Shown: positions 1-12,574, counted from the stretch's first letter. The stretch: 64,000 nt of DNA from Epiperipatus broadwayi (GCA_028023455.1 JAQFVV010000005.1:22692001-22756000); one strand, 5' to 3'. A program made the numbers and translations. Notes: generated by a model from the letters alone, not told the origin.

Positions 1-234
1 ATTTTATCTTTTTCCTAATCAGTTCCAACTTTATTCTTCCGTTTTTTTCACTCAGTCTGAAAAACCTTTTAATTATGCAATTCTATTAATTTTTTATATA
101 TATAACTCATTCTTACAAAAGTTTCCATTGTCATTAATTAGCACATTTAATTTTAACTTCTGGGGTATTCTTATCACTTTAAGTAGTTTTTAACTAAAAT
201 ATTTATTGAAAGAAAAATAGTACACTTCCTCCTC

Positions 235-991
235 TCACTCCAGAAGTTGGAATTGTTTCTTACACATAATCCTTCCATCTTTCTGCATTTTTTTTTTTTG
301 TGGCACAGGTCTGGGCAGTTTATTTATTTCAGGTTTTGCTTGGATTTCTTCTGCAATTTCATTACTATTTTTCTCAATTAACTGTTTTTCCTCTGTCTTT
401 CTTCTTTTGTTATTTCTTTTATCACTTTCCTCCTTCTGCATATTTGCATCTTGCAATATTTCCAGCTGCAATTCCTCTGGCTTTCTTTTTTTATATGATT
501 CATGTGTCATCTGTATTTTAAACCATTAATTCCATTAACCACATATATTTGATTTGGACAATATTTTGTCTATTATTCCCTTGATCTACTTTTTCTGTAT
601 CACATCTCTCACCCATACAGCCTCCCCACCTCCAAACTATTTACTTGGCTTGACATTTGAAACTAATCTTTTCATTTGGACACAAAACTGCTAATTTAGT
701 CCTTAGTTTAAGTTCACACATTAATTCTGCTGGAGATTTTCCTATCATTGTAGATGGTGTTAAATGTTGGTATAGCATAAATGTCTGACATGCATTTTGC
801 GTTTCTACATTGCTCATTTTTTTAAAACTTCTCTTGATTTGCTGTACTTCATTTTCTGCTATTCCATTTGATTGAGAGTGATGTGGAGTTGTGCATTCAT
901 GATGAATCTCACGGGTACTAAAAAATTGTCATAATTCCTCTCCAGTAAAACCTGTTCTGTTATCTGATACAACCACTTCTGGAAAACCATG
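235..991 (-). mobile_element. Ty3/Gypsy integrase remnant (degenerate)
   Basis: Minus-strand translation 860-991 reads HGFPEVVVSDNRTGFTGEEL*QFFSTREIHHECTTPHHSQSNGIAENEVQQIK (rve core). About 680-790 reads YQHLTPSTMIGKSPAELMCELKLRTKL, matching the Gypsy copy at 28.8-29.2 kb. In-frame stops are present. Confidence 0.8.
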
Positions 992-1358
992 TATGAACTG
1001 TACTTTATGTAAATAGATATATATATATATACACATATATTTTGCGTACAATAATTATGGGGTATTTTGATTTGTAATTATTCAAGTTGTACTTTAAAGA
1101 CATAATTTAAGTTGTATTTCATGTATACTGTGTTTTATTAAATTATTATTAAATTGTCTCATAGCTATAATTTTAATAGATTTATGTTCAACCATTTTAA
1201 ATATCTTTTCTCTGGGGCTTTGAAACTTATGCTTAAATGATATTTCTTAATTTGAAATGTTTAATGCATAATGTTAAATCATAAGGAAATGAAGACATAT
1301 GTTAAGCATAAACTGAGACAGTTGTGTAGTGTTTGTTAAAATAAGGTAGTTTGATATA

Positions 1359-1620
1359 AACTCTCCATACAGTAATGCCACTCAGTGCAAGCCAGAGTAA
1401 TCAATGGATGCAGGAAGGTTTGCTTCTCACTGATGAAAGCTACAAGTTAGAAACTACTCTGGGGACATTCGATGAGAAGCACTAGATAGGGATTTTATGC
1501 ACAAACTTTTCTGCATCCATTGATTACCCTGGTTTGCACTGAATGGTACTACTGTATGAAGTTTAGCCTCTGTGTAAACAGTTTATGTAAGTATAAAGAA
1601 TGGTGATCATGTGATGTTCA
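1359..1620 (+). mobile_element. Family-1 hammerhead-bearing non-autonomous retroelement (5'-inverted, TSD-flanked)
   Basis: 13-bp direct repeat GTAGTTTGATATA at 1346-1358 and 1621-1633. Arm 1359-1420 is the inverse of about 1505-1564. Hammerhead-like core at 1424-1465. 3' end GATCATGTGATGTTCA is shared with other copies. Confidence 0.8.
1424..1465 (+). ncRNA. Minimal type-I hammerhead ribozyme-like motif (family 1, stem III mutated)
   Basis: TTCTCA-CTGATGA-A-AGC-TACAA-GTT-A-GAA-ACTACT-C-TGGGGA. The core matches CUGANGA...GAAA...UH. Stem III ACUACU differs from the family palindrome ACUAGU. Confidence 0.6.
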
Positions 1621-2042
1621 GTAGTTTGATATATTATTGGAGTAGCAAACTCTGAAACTACAAATCTATGGATTATGTCATAGTCTATCACTTGTGGTGT
1701 TTGAACTTCTTATGAATTACTGAGTAATAAAAGAAAATATTGATTACTCTAATGAGAGTATTTATGTAATCACATTATTTTCTCATGGTGAAACTAAGAC
1801 ATTGCAATAGAATAGGATAATGAAAAATTTTGAGCTGTCCAAACCAGTAGAGAGATTCAGGCATTGGTGTATCTAATTCTTATGATACTTGAAGGTTGTT
1901 CGTGAAATACATACATGGTGAAAGAAGTGGTCTGAGCTGTATCAATAATTAGTTGCATTATTGTAGAGCTAAAATTAGAAAAGCACTGAAAACTTAAAAC
2001 AAAATTTGAAAATAAGATGTACAATATTATACACTTTGTTAA

Positions 2043-2125
2043 ACCACTAAACATCACATGATCACCATTGATTACTCTGGTTAGCACAAGGTGGCACTAC
2101 TATATGGAGAGTTTTTGCCTGTTTT
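2043..2125 (-). mobile_element. Short family-1 insertion (3' tail plus inverted arm)
   Basis: 12-bp TSD ACACTTTGTTAA at 2031-2042 and 2126-2137. Family tail AAACATCACATGATCACC, followed by an oppositely oriented arm ATTGATTACTCTGG...GGAGAGTTTTTGCCTG. Confidence 0.75.
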
Positions 2126-2194
2126 ACACTTTGTTAAGTTGCACATTTTGAATCATTTTTTTAATTTTAAATATATTTTTTTTCTTTTTAATAG

Positions 2195-2305
2195 CTGAAA
2201 GTTGTCCTGAAAATGAAGAACTCAAAATTATTGAAGCCCAAGAAACAACTTGTGTCTGCATTAAAGGCTATATGAGATCAAGTAATGGAGTTTGTGAACC
2301 AAAAG
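2195..2305 (+). CDS. Exon A of a multi-EGF-module protein: 4-Cys CPENE-type module
   Basis: Pyrimidine tract + ATAG acceptor, GTAAT donor. 111 nt, phase 1-1: xESCPENEELKIIEAQETTCVCIKGYMRSSNGVCEPK. Paralogous to exons F and J. Confidence 0.9.
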
Positions 2306-3377
2306 GTAATATTATACTTGGTTAACTTGTGTCCGTTTATTACATGCAATCTTTTATGAATTTCTGTATAACATGCATTATAAATCTATTTACCGAACAA
2401 ACAAGTCCAAATATATTATGTTAGATTCTTAAAAAATTATTTAAATGAATTTATAAATAATGTTTACCTTTTGTTGTGTCAATGTCAATCTATTTTTCAG
2501 ATAAAAGATTATCATTTTTATATGATTTGGTGTGTTCTGTGATTAGGTTTATATTCTTCGTGTTATATATTTGATAAGCCATAAAATTATTCACATGCTC
2601 ATTAAAATTAATATAACATGCATTACTTATGATTATATCAGCATAATATGTATTTATTAAAAATTTATATATTTCACAAATTATAAATCATTCGCTGTAT
2701 AGTTATGAAAAATATGTAGCAATTTTTTAAAAAAATTTTGTTTGATACATTTTACACCAAATATTGAACTTGCCCATTTTTTTTTAATGAATGTCTTAAT
2801 TTATGATATTTTATTAACTTTGCCACTTAATAAAGACTGTCCATGCAAATCTTAAATGTTACTTGGTGTGACATTAACTTCTTATATTTAAGCTAAGTTA
2901 AAAGTAGATCATTGACAGAAGGGAATGGGCCGTAATATTTGAAGATTCTCATAAGTTCCTAAACTACAGGAATTGATCTTTTAAATTGATAAAAGAAATT
3001 TCTCATGGCGCAGTGACGTTGGTGTTTTTAATATGCTTATTTTGAAAAAAAAAAAAATTTAAATAATATATGTCACAATGATAAATATTCTTAGAGCTAA
3101 GTAACAGTAATACAAACAACAAGAAAAAAAATTAATTTTATCATCTCTAAGATAGTGATAATAATTAAATTACATAAACATTAATTTAATTGATGAATGT
3201 TAGACTACAACATGAATTATTTTTTTTGGGCTTTCATTCAGGCATATGGAACTATTGCCTTCGTCCGAGATAACTTTCTTCATACTATTATGCTATTATG
3301 GCAATTACATCATTCAACTACAAGAAATCTACTCTAACTTAAAATAAAGGGGACTGAAATACATTGTTATTAAATTG

Positions 3378-3575
3378 AACAAGGCAAAACTCTCCATACA
3401 GTAGTGCCACCCTGTGCCCCCCAGAGTAATCAATGGATGCCAGAAGGCTTGTGCATAAAATCCCTATCTAGTGTCTACTCATCCAATATCCCCAGACTAG
3501 TTTCTGGCTTGTGGCCTTCGTCAACAATTAATAACAATTATGTGCTAGTATGAGCTAGTGATCGTGTGATGTTTA
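3378..3575. mobile_element. Family-1 hammerhead-bearing insertion (long inverted segment plus 3' tail)
   Basis: 12-bp TSD GTTATTAAATTG at 3366-3377 and 3576-3587. The inverted segment 3378-3523 contains the hammerhead core on the minus strand. The tail GTGATCGTGTGATGTTTA is on the plus strand. Confidence 0.8.
3487..3523 (-). ncRNA. Hammerhead-like motif (family 1; truncated at its 5' side)
   Basis: Minus strand: (T)TGACGA-A-GGC-CACAA-GCC-A-GAA-ACTAGT-C-TGGGGATA. Stem II GGC/GCC, palindromic stem III ACUAGU, GUC triplet. C3 and the 5' strand of stem I are lost at the inversion junction. Confidence 0.6.
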
Positions 3576-4144
3576 GTTATTAAATTGGTTTTAAGACTAT
3601 ATTAGATACCCTAGATCTTAAACTTTAGGATCAAATCATAGACTTTTAATGATTTCTTACCAATTGTTTGGAAAGCTTAACATGAATTAAGATGAATGTG
3701 TTTAATATTATAGTTTAATCTATTTAGTGACAACCAATCAGAAAACAACATAGGAATGTATTTGCATTGGAATTAAATGTCCAGTAACTAAATTAGCTAT
3801 GAATGAATATAGAGAGCATTATTATTGTCTTTGTGAAAATTTATTATAAGCCCTATAATACTTTTTTTTTTTAATGTATTTTAGTGAAGAATGTATTTTA
3901 TCTAAAATTTGCTGCATTTAAAAATATAAAATCTGATATGATTGTAACTGAAAAAAAAAATGCACATAAAACTGGCATTAAGCTATTACTGATTAAATTA
4001 AGTGGAATGGAATTTTGGAAAACAATTAATGGAGGAGTATTTTCAAACATTTTTTACTACTATTCAAAGTATATGTTTATTATTAAATAATAAATAAGTA
4101 AAAGTAAATTCCAATCCTGAAAACTTTTTTTTTTTTTTTTACAG

Positions 4145-4255
4145 AGTCGGTCAGTTGCGGGACTCGTAAGTGTGGTATTAAAGCAGAATGTGATAAAACA
4201 AGACTTATTTGTATATGTCCATCTGGATGGACAGGAAGTCCAGAAAAAGAATGTC
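4145..4255 (+). CDS. Exon B: 6-Cys EGF-like module
   Basis: poly-T + ACAG acceptor, GTAAG donor. 111 nt, phase 1-1: xSVSCGTRKCGIKAECDKTRLICICPSGWTGSPEKEC. 28/36 aa identical to exon G, with many synonymous changes. Confidence 0.93.
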
Positions 4256-5704
4256 GTAAGTTTCTACCATCAGTATTGCAAATAATATTTTTTATGCCAT
4301 GGTATATGAATAAATATTTTTATTTAAATTATATTTCTTCTGGGCCTAAATAATTAGAAAAGTTAATTGTATTGTTGTGGATATGTCTAAAATTTATCCA
4401 TAATAATGTATTCTTCCAATTTATAATGGCTTTAGACATTGAATCAGAAAACTGTATAGCAGACCAATTAACAATGTATAAACAAACAGAGAGTAGCACA
4501 AGCAGTCTAATCATGTAACATAGTCAGTGAATCTGATATCGCTTACATTATGATAGGGGGGTTATTTACAAATGTGGAAGTCTATTTGAGAAAAGCACAA
4601 TATCAGACTTTCATGAGGAAAATACAATTCTGGAATTAATAAGTTTTCGATAACAAATTGCAGTGTTTTTTTAATCTAGTGTTTTGTTATTTGATCACAA
4701 AGTAACAATTGTAATTTTATAGACCCTAGTGAGGGGCAAACTTAATAACTGTTGTGTGAAATTATGAGTGTAAATAGTTTTAATAAATATTTGAAATTTT
4801 TACATTGGTTCATTTTAATTATTTATATTCTCCAAAAAACAATATTTTACACAATGCATACACAATAGAATTGGTGCAGTCTGGACAGGTCTACCTATTT
4901 GAGTTGCTTAGATTTCTATCATTATTAAAATTTGTCAATACAGTTGAGCATTTGATAGCTGATAACATTATTGATATTGTTTAATTAAAAGAAAGATTAC
5001 TTTTTGTTTTTGTTTAAGAATTTATGAATATAAAATGTTTTAATATTGGTTCCTTAGAACAGTTCAGTCTTAGAGATCCACAAAATTAGCCAATATATAT
5101 GGTTTGAACTATCTTCTTTCTTAAGGCAAACCAAGTTAAAATCCCTGAGTGAATAAGATTAGTGCCATGTTTGTGGTGCTATAATATGTATGATTTTATA
5201 ATGACAGTCAGCTACTATGCTTTTCATATGATTTAAATTTTGATTAGACAAGGTCTCTACTTTTAGCTCATCTCTGTCCTAAACTCTTCTTAAATTCAAT
5301 GGAAGGAAGAAAATACTATAATTTTTTATACTGTGTTCATGAATTTAGCTTCAAATTGTGATTTCAAGAACTTCTTAAAAAATTCACTGACAGACCATTT
5401 TACCTGTAGTATAAAATTTTAAATTTGAGAGTTTAAAATTGTATTAGAGGTGTCAGTGTTATCGGTGGTTGTATTATAGCTAAAGATGTCGTTGGATGGC
5501 GCTGTTTTCATGCTAAAACTATAAAATATGAACATTCATGGGCCATTGATTTTAATAATTTTTCTGTGCTTTTTTTGTAATGTGAAAATAAAAACAAAAA
5601 ATCGTCTTTTTTAAATATTATTTTTTATTAACGTATACAATTTAAATGATAATAATAAATGTAAAATAAAATCAACAAATTACAATTTGATTCATGTTTT
5701 TTAT

Positions 5705-5838
5705 ATCGTATACTTTTTAAATTGTGTTACGGCTTTTTTTTATCAATTTTCTATCGGATATTTTTTTACTTGTGTTACAACTTTTTTTTTATCAATTTTC
5801 TATCGTATATTTTTTTACTTGTGTTACGACTTTTTTTG
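5705..5838. repeat. About 48-49-bp tandem repeat, roughly 2.5 copies
   Basis: TTGTGTTAC anchors at 5722, 5770 and 5819. The unit contains TATCAATTTTCTATCG. Confidence 0.85.
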
Positions 5839-5895
5839 TTGTTGTTTAACTAAAAAATAATAATCGTAATAAAAGTAAAAGTTGTTACGGTTACA

Positions 5896-6008
5896 TTTAG
5901 GGTTAGTTTTAGGGTTAGGTTTAGGGTTAGGTTTATGGTTAGTTTTAGGGTTAGTTTTAGGGTTAGTATTAGGGTTAGGTTTAGGGTTAGGGTTAGTTTT
6001 AGGGTTAG
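5896..6008 (+). repeat. Interstitial telomere-like array, 12-mer unit (G/T)TTTAGGGTTAG
   Basis: About 9 units of TTTTAGGGTTAG / GTTTAGGGTTAG are directly visible. Confidence 0.9.
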
Positions 6009-7752
6009 TGTTCTGTTTGTAATGCTAAAATAAAAAAATTCAAAATCGTAAGCGTACTAGACAGAAGAAAGAAACTCAAACTTTTTTAAACAACAACAAA
6101 CACATACAAATGTCTTCTTTACTTATTAAACATGTTTATAATATTTGCTTTTTATTAAATTTACAAAAAAACCTGTATATTTGGTCTTTTCTTACTGGAT
6201 ATTTTTTTCGTACCGCTCTTTTTTACTTCAAAAATATATAGACGGTAGAATCTTCTTTGTCTCGTGGAATGTTACTAACAGTACGTTACTTGACACGTTA
6301 CCTAATTGCAACTCAATAAAAACATAGATATTTAACATTTACCCAAATAAAAGTTCAATACAGTACGTTGTAAAAAGTCTTATAATTATTGTTTTAAAAA
6401 ATCTGAACATTTCAATAGTTTAAAATAAAAAAAAATCCAATGAAAACAACATTTCAATACAATTCAAATACAAACTCTCTCATCAAACCGTAATTATTTT
6501 ATAAACTGTGCGAATTCGGAAAATGTAATTGCTGCTTAGCGACATACATGCTGTACTGCAATGGGACATAGCAGCCTGCATTCTGTAGCACAACAAAAAA
6601 GTTGTATTATAGAAAACACGGGTTTAAATGTGTCAGCCACGGAAACAGCATTTTTATGTGTTTTAGCACAAAAACCACACCATAGAATGGCATCTTTAGC
6701 TATAAGATGAGTACCATGTTATCTAACTACCATAATGTTGATCAAATGCTTTTGTCTGTAATATTCTGTTGCCTAGTTATTCAACCTTTTTTTTGATAGA
6801 TATTATATTATATATGCACAATCAAATTAGAAGGCAACATCTATGTAGTCAATAATTTCTTAAAAATAAATATATAGGTGTAAAAACTTATATAAACAAT
6901 ATTGTAAAAAAATATAAATTAAATAAAAAGCTTAACAATGTAATAAAATTTAAGATAATAAATAAAAATATATATATACTTAATATATTAGACAATAAAT
7001 ATGTTAAAAATATAGAAAATTGTATAATTGTAGTATATAAAATTGAATGTAAAACATGCCAAGCCAATAATATCAGAAATAATTATGTAGGTGGAACAAA
7101 GAATTGAATTTATGCAAGACAAATATGATAAAAGATCACCTATTTATTTACATGCATTACAGACCAAACATAAATTTGAAAAAGATTTAAAAAGTTATCA
7201 TAATTTAATGTATCAAGTCATTTTTAAATAAAGATTTGAGTTTGAAGATATTAATTTTATAAAAAAAATTTTTTATTAAGTAAGTATTATATAGATTGAA
7301 AATACTTTAAGATGTAATTTTAAAAGATTTGCATAGAGGGAGCTAGTATAAAATATGATAATTTAAAAACTATTTCAGTTAAAATTGTTAAGATTTTAAA
7401 AGTTATTTAAAAAGAATTTCAAACATTGGAAAAAATAAATATTATGTTATTATTAATAAAGTGTGTTTAAAACTAGGGTGAAATTGTTAAAATGATAGAA
7501 ATAAAATTTATTTTTAAAAAGTTTAAAAATCATAAAAATGTAGAAAATATTTATATATTAAAAATATAAAACAATTTATATAAAAGAAATCTATTATAAA
7601 TAAGAATATATTTATAAATTTATTAAAAATGTATATGGATATATAGTTATTGGAATCATTGAAAAAAAATTTTTGTTTAAATCCATAATGTAGCATGTTA
7701 AACTACTAAAACATTACATAAGCAAGATTTCTTATGCTTACACAAGTTGTTG

Positions 7753-7915
7753 AAACAGTATCTCCATACAGTAATGCCACCCAGTGCAAGCTCTAGTAAT
7801 CAATGGATGGTAGAAAGCTTGTGCATTAATAGGAATTTTGATGCACAAATGTTTTAGCAACCATTGATTACTATAGCTTACACTGGTTGGCACTACTTTA
7901 TGGAGAGAGTTGTTT
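7753..7915. mobile_element. Family-1 palindromic copy lacking the hammerhead core
   Basis: Arms TCTCCATACAGTAATGCCAC...GTAATCAATGG and CCATTGATTAC...GGCACTACTTTATGGAGA are mutually inverted and match the family-1 arms. Confidence 0.75.
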
Positions 7916-9294
7916 TTTGTATAGTGGTACATATTTATAAATAAGCATTAATCATATGATTATTTTTATTGCAATATTGTAATTCTTATTATTACAGTTG
8001 AAACCATAAACAAGAAGGAATAAATTTTATTTCTTAGTTTGGATTGCGAAATGTTCATTTAAGGTATACATGATATTTTATATCTATGTAGCCAGTGTAT
8101 AAAATAACTAATATAAATATATGTTAATCTCTGTTTAAAAACAAATTTAGTAATTAACGGTTTTAAGATGGTAAATACTAGGGGGTTTTTTAAATCATTT
8201 TGGTCAAAAATAACATAGGATGAAGTCATATTATGAAATATTGTCAGCTTTGATAATTTTGAAAGAAAAATGCAAAAGAAAATTTGGTCAGAAAATATTT
8301 ATATAAACTTTTTCTCAGAAGTAATATTTTTTTACTCATTTTAAAGTCTTCTCTGTACATATAAGTAACAAAAAATCAAGTCAAATGTCACATGACCTAA
8401 TTATAAGCTTGTATTTACAAATGCTGTACATAGAGCTCACAAATAAGCTCTCAAAGCTTATTTTGTGAGTTGCAGATATTCTCAAAGCTTGTTAAGAGCT
8501 TATTTTGCAAGCTCTATATAACAATATAAGTAACAAATGGATACTAGATGCCAGTGCTAAGTTAATTCTCAGTTTTGTTTCTGTTTCTGGCCTACTTTAG
8601 TTTAAAGGCAATGTGTTTACACTATTGCCATTTTTACTTTTATTCTATTCAATTGAATGCCTTCAAATATTGAAGATCCAATGTTTAGAATCTGAAAAAT
8701 GTGATAGACAAACTTTGTTAATCTTAAATGTATAATAAATTGAATAGAACTATATTGTTTTGAAATTAAAGAAAAATAACATGTACACATATCTGTTAGT
8801 AGAATAATTAATAAAGTAGAGTTAATTTGGGACTAACTAAAAGCAAAACAATTATGAAAACAATGTAATTAATTAAGATGGGCTTAAGTTGAATAATCAT
8901 TAATCATATTTAACCCTAATGATATTTTTTCTTCTTTTTATTCCAACAAAAAAGCAAAACTTACAGAAGCTGATGAAAATTAAGAAAAAAATATGAAAGC
9001 CACTCATAGCTAATAAGATTAGTGTGTCAGGTCAGCCCAGTGATTCTTTCTAACAATAAAAAGAGCAGAGTGGAGACAGATTAATAGAAATAGATTGTTA
9101 ATATATATATTGACTATTAGAATAATGCATTTAGTAGTAATGATTATATGTGCATTTGTTATCTGAGTGGCATTTTGAATAAAAAGATGGTCCTAGATGT
9201 TGAGATGTAGCTCAAACTTCACTGTATTGCTGCTACTTTTAACAAGTTAAATAACTACTACAATTAAATTGGCTGTATATTACTAAACCTAATT

Positions 9295-9480
9295 TATTGT
9301 ATGGTAATGAGACTTGGACACTATTGCTGAAACATAAAGGCATTAGGAAAAAAATTATAAAAATAGGGATAAGATCACAAAGTAATGTTCCAACAAGAAA
9401 AAAATGTCTGTATGCAAGCTGACCTTGGGCATATTTGAAAGATCACAAATGCAGCAATGGGTAAATTTGTAATTCTCTTG
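9295..9480 (+). mobile_element. Highly degraded RTE-type LINE fragment
   Basis: TTGTATGGTAATGAGACTTGGACACTA translates as LYGNETWTL, the post-RT YGxETWTL motif also seen in the RTE copies at 19.8 and 62.1 kb. Confidence 0.4.
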
Positions 9481-11964
9481 GGTGAGATAAAGTAAATCAG
9501 TATTGTAAAGTAAATGCTGAACTAAAGTACTGAAGTAATAGAACAATAATAATAACACCTATTTATTTATCATTCATTCTTCCTTTAACTATTTATATAC
9601 TTAGGTACTGTACACTCCAATTATGACAATAGGGAGAGTGTGTTCTTAGAGCTATGGGGGGGTTTTATTCTACAGGTCATGTGTGTAATATTTTTTTCTT
9701 TATTTTATTAACAAAGTTATATATAAGCTAGAGTAATTTAGCAATGCACTAACTTAATAGGCTTAAAGTGTATGTTTAATGAATTACTGAAACATTTTTT
9801 ATTTCATTAATACTGCAATGCATGTATAAAATAATAATTGATCAATTTTATAAATAAAGAATAATTTATTAATGAGGAAAATAAAATAATTCAATTAATA
9901 TATGATGAAATAAGTTATTATAATCTTCTTCGGGAATGTCCTTTCTTCGTTTATAAGACTACAATAAAAGTTTGAATATCTTATTTTGTTTTAACTTGAT
10001 GTGATAATGTTTCATATACAAAAGAATTTAGCTTCAATTATTTCTGTACCTTTTCTGGAATAATTCTAAATACTTCATTATCAGAATATTACACAGTTTC
10101 TATTTAAATGATTTCAAATTCAATATCACGTTTCTATCATTCATTAATGAATAAGAAAATAATGTTATTTTAAATAAGTTTGAAAATAATTTTCCGTTCT
10201 TCAATATCATTTTAAAAGTTCATGAATATCTTTTCTTTTCTAAATATTTGTAAATAAAAGAACAATAGCAAAACATTAAAATTTCTGACTTGAAAATGTT
10301 TTACGTGAGCTTGTAAAAGAAAACTTCTCTTTTCTTCAATATTTTGAAATAATACCTTAAAAGTATTTATCGAAGGTGTTCATATCCTTATTCTTCATTA
10401 GTGGTCCATTTTCGATGTTTTACTTGCTAATAGTATTTAAAAATAGTTGAGAAGGAATGTAGATTATATAATTGCACTAGGGTCAGAACAAATGAGTGTT
10501 TTCCTTTAGCTTAGCACTTTATTGTCTGTGTAAAAGTATAGTACAACAAGTCATTCCATTATATTTAATAAATCATAAACTAATTTCAACCTTTTGTATG
10601 TCAAAAAGAATTATGTAATAGCAAATTTCATTTTTGCTTTCCTTCTTCTTATCTTAAAGAAGAACGGGGGGGAGAGAGGAAAAAAATTATCTCATTACAA
10701 TTTTTTTTTTCACTTAATTTACATTTAAATGTTTTAAATATCTTTTCATAAATCTTTTGGGGATATCTCCATAATAAATTTAATGCATTTATTTGTAAGA
10801 AAGGGGGAAATTACTAAAATAAATAACTTACATTATATTTTTGGGAATATGGTAATGTAATGTTGGCATGGCCAATATTATCGCTACTGTATATATGTAG
10901 GTTTAAATAAAACAAACATATTAAATGCTTACAAACAAAATATCATTTAGCCCAGACTTGTAAACTAGATTACATTAATTATTTCAAGAATGCTTCAATT
11001 GAAAACATTCTCATGATTAAAATTACTCCAGAGACATTAAAAGACACACAGATCAGTGGAGCAGATACTTAGTGTAAGACCTAGTTGGTTTATACTTATT
11101 TTATCCCCACTGAAGTTATAATGGGGGACCTCTAACTATATATAAAACCTACTTAGATTACATTATTATTTAAGTATGCCTAAAAGTTCATCTAATGAAA
11201 GCAGATAAGTACAATTATGTTGTATACAGTTTATATCTTATCAATGTAAGATCACTATTACATAAGTTTGTTATTTGTAATTGGTTTGAAATAAAAATGA
11301 ATAGTTCATTATTCTGCTGTTTTCTTTATTTTTATTTTGTGTACAGTGTAAGTAGTGTGGATAAATTATAGCAATTTTAAAAATACAATGGCAGTCAATA
11401 TATATTTCAAAATGTCTGGATATGATAGAGATCACTATTCTAAAATCACAAATTTGTTGGATTGGATATGAGAAATGAATAAATAATACAAGGATGTTTT
11501 AGTATGAACTTAGAGCATAGTTTTATGGGAGAGCAGGCCTTGTTTACATTATAAAGATTATCTCAAAGACATTGTAAAGAAGTTCGATGTTGATTGTTTT
11601 TATTGGAATTCTGTAGGAAAGAAGGGAATATATTGAAATGCTGCAATTAGATGCAGGATTGAATTATTTCAGAAAGAAAAGTTTTTTGCTGAAAAAAATT
11701 AAGACAATATTGTAAAATATCAATTAAACAGCAAATGGACCAATATGTTCTATATGTGGACATATTGGGTTTCACAGACTAATTTGTATAGACATTGCAA
11801 GACTCATTTCTAGTATATTTTTATTTTATTTTTTTGTTTGTTTTGTCTGTTTATTTTATTTGGAATTGGAATAACCTCTTGAATGGCTGCTAGTGTTAAG
11901 GTTGTATATCTGTATGTGTATTTAGTTGTTACATTTAATGCATTTTATTAACAAAAGTGTAGAG

Positions 11965-12076
11965 TGTGGGCAAGCGTTGTTAGCCGAGAAGTCATCGCAG
12001 TCACCTTGCAAGCAAATAGTTGTTTGCAGATGGTTGTGGGTTCGCCTCCCGGCCGATGCTATGACATATGAAAAAA
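11965..12076 (+). mobile_element. tRNA-derived SINE (about 110 bp, poly-A tail)
   Basis: 12-bp TSD AAAAGTGTAGAG at 11953-11964 and 12077-12088. A-box-like TAGCCGAGAAG, B-box-like GGGTTCGCCTCCC, tail GACATATG(A)n. Homologous to the SINE at 54892-55004. Confidence 0.85.
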
Positions 12077-12445
12077 AAAAGTGTAGAGCTAATTCTTTCT
12101 ATCCTATATCACATAACATTTCATTATTATTTGTATTCATGAGTTAAATCATAATTTTTTGACTGGCTGATAACTAGCAATACTGGGATTGGAATATAAT
12201 AAAGTGACTCAGTCTTAATAATTTAAATCTTGAAAGTATCACCTGTATTGTAGGACTTTGCATTATTTTCGTGATATATAATGTGCTATTTATAGAACTC
12301 ATAACTGTGAAATCTTATCGAACTGTACATGAATATAAAACATTATATAAATGAAGTATTTCAAAAAAATGAAATAATTAGCATGTTAATTTTTGAAACT
12401 GGAAAAACCTACTTACTGTATCTTTTATGTTTAATCATTTTGTAG

Positions 12446-12574
12446 ATCCGATTGGCAGCTGTGCCACATTTAATCCATGCGATAAATCAGCTCGCTGTGA
12501 AGTAACAGATAAAACACGTTGCTTTTGTGATTCAAAAGAAGTTGCTTATCATGAGGCATGTCCCACAATACCTG
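12446..12574 (+). CDS. Exon C: 6-Cys EGF-like module
   Basis: TGTAG acceptor, GTAAG donor. 129 nt, phase 1-1: xPIGSCATFNPCDKSARCEVTDKTRCFCDSKEVAYHEACPTIP. Confidence 0.9.

Larger units (their letters stand above)
5474..6705. mobile_element. Non-autonomous TIR DNA element with internal minisatellite and telomere-like array
   Basis: TTATAGCTAAAGATG (5474-5488) is the exact inverse of CATCTTTAGCTATAA (6691-6705). Imperfect inverted similarity extends about 50 bp. No ORF is evident. Confidence 0.65.

Noticed and set aside
235-521. ORFs 235-510 (-) and 300-521 (+) as host genes
   Set aside because: This is the low-complexity charged tail of the Gypsy integrase remnant and its antisense shadow.
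1359-1565. Family-1 palindromes as classical MITEs
   Set aside because: The ends are not symmetric, TSD length varies from 8 to 13 bp, and there is a constant polar 3' tail outside the palindrome.
5896-6008. True telomere or chromosome-fusion site
   Set aside because: The array is short, has a 12-mer unit, is in a single orientation, and is enclosed by TIRs inside an intron.
6850-7680. Extremely AT-rich stretch resembling a decayed PLE RT
   Set aside because: Only isolated motif-like words (KPIIS) and no continuous frame.
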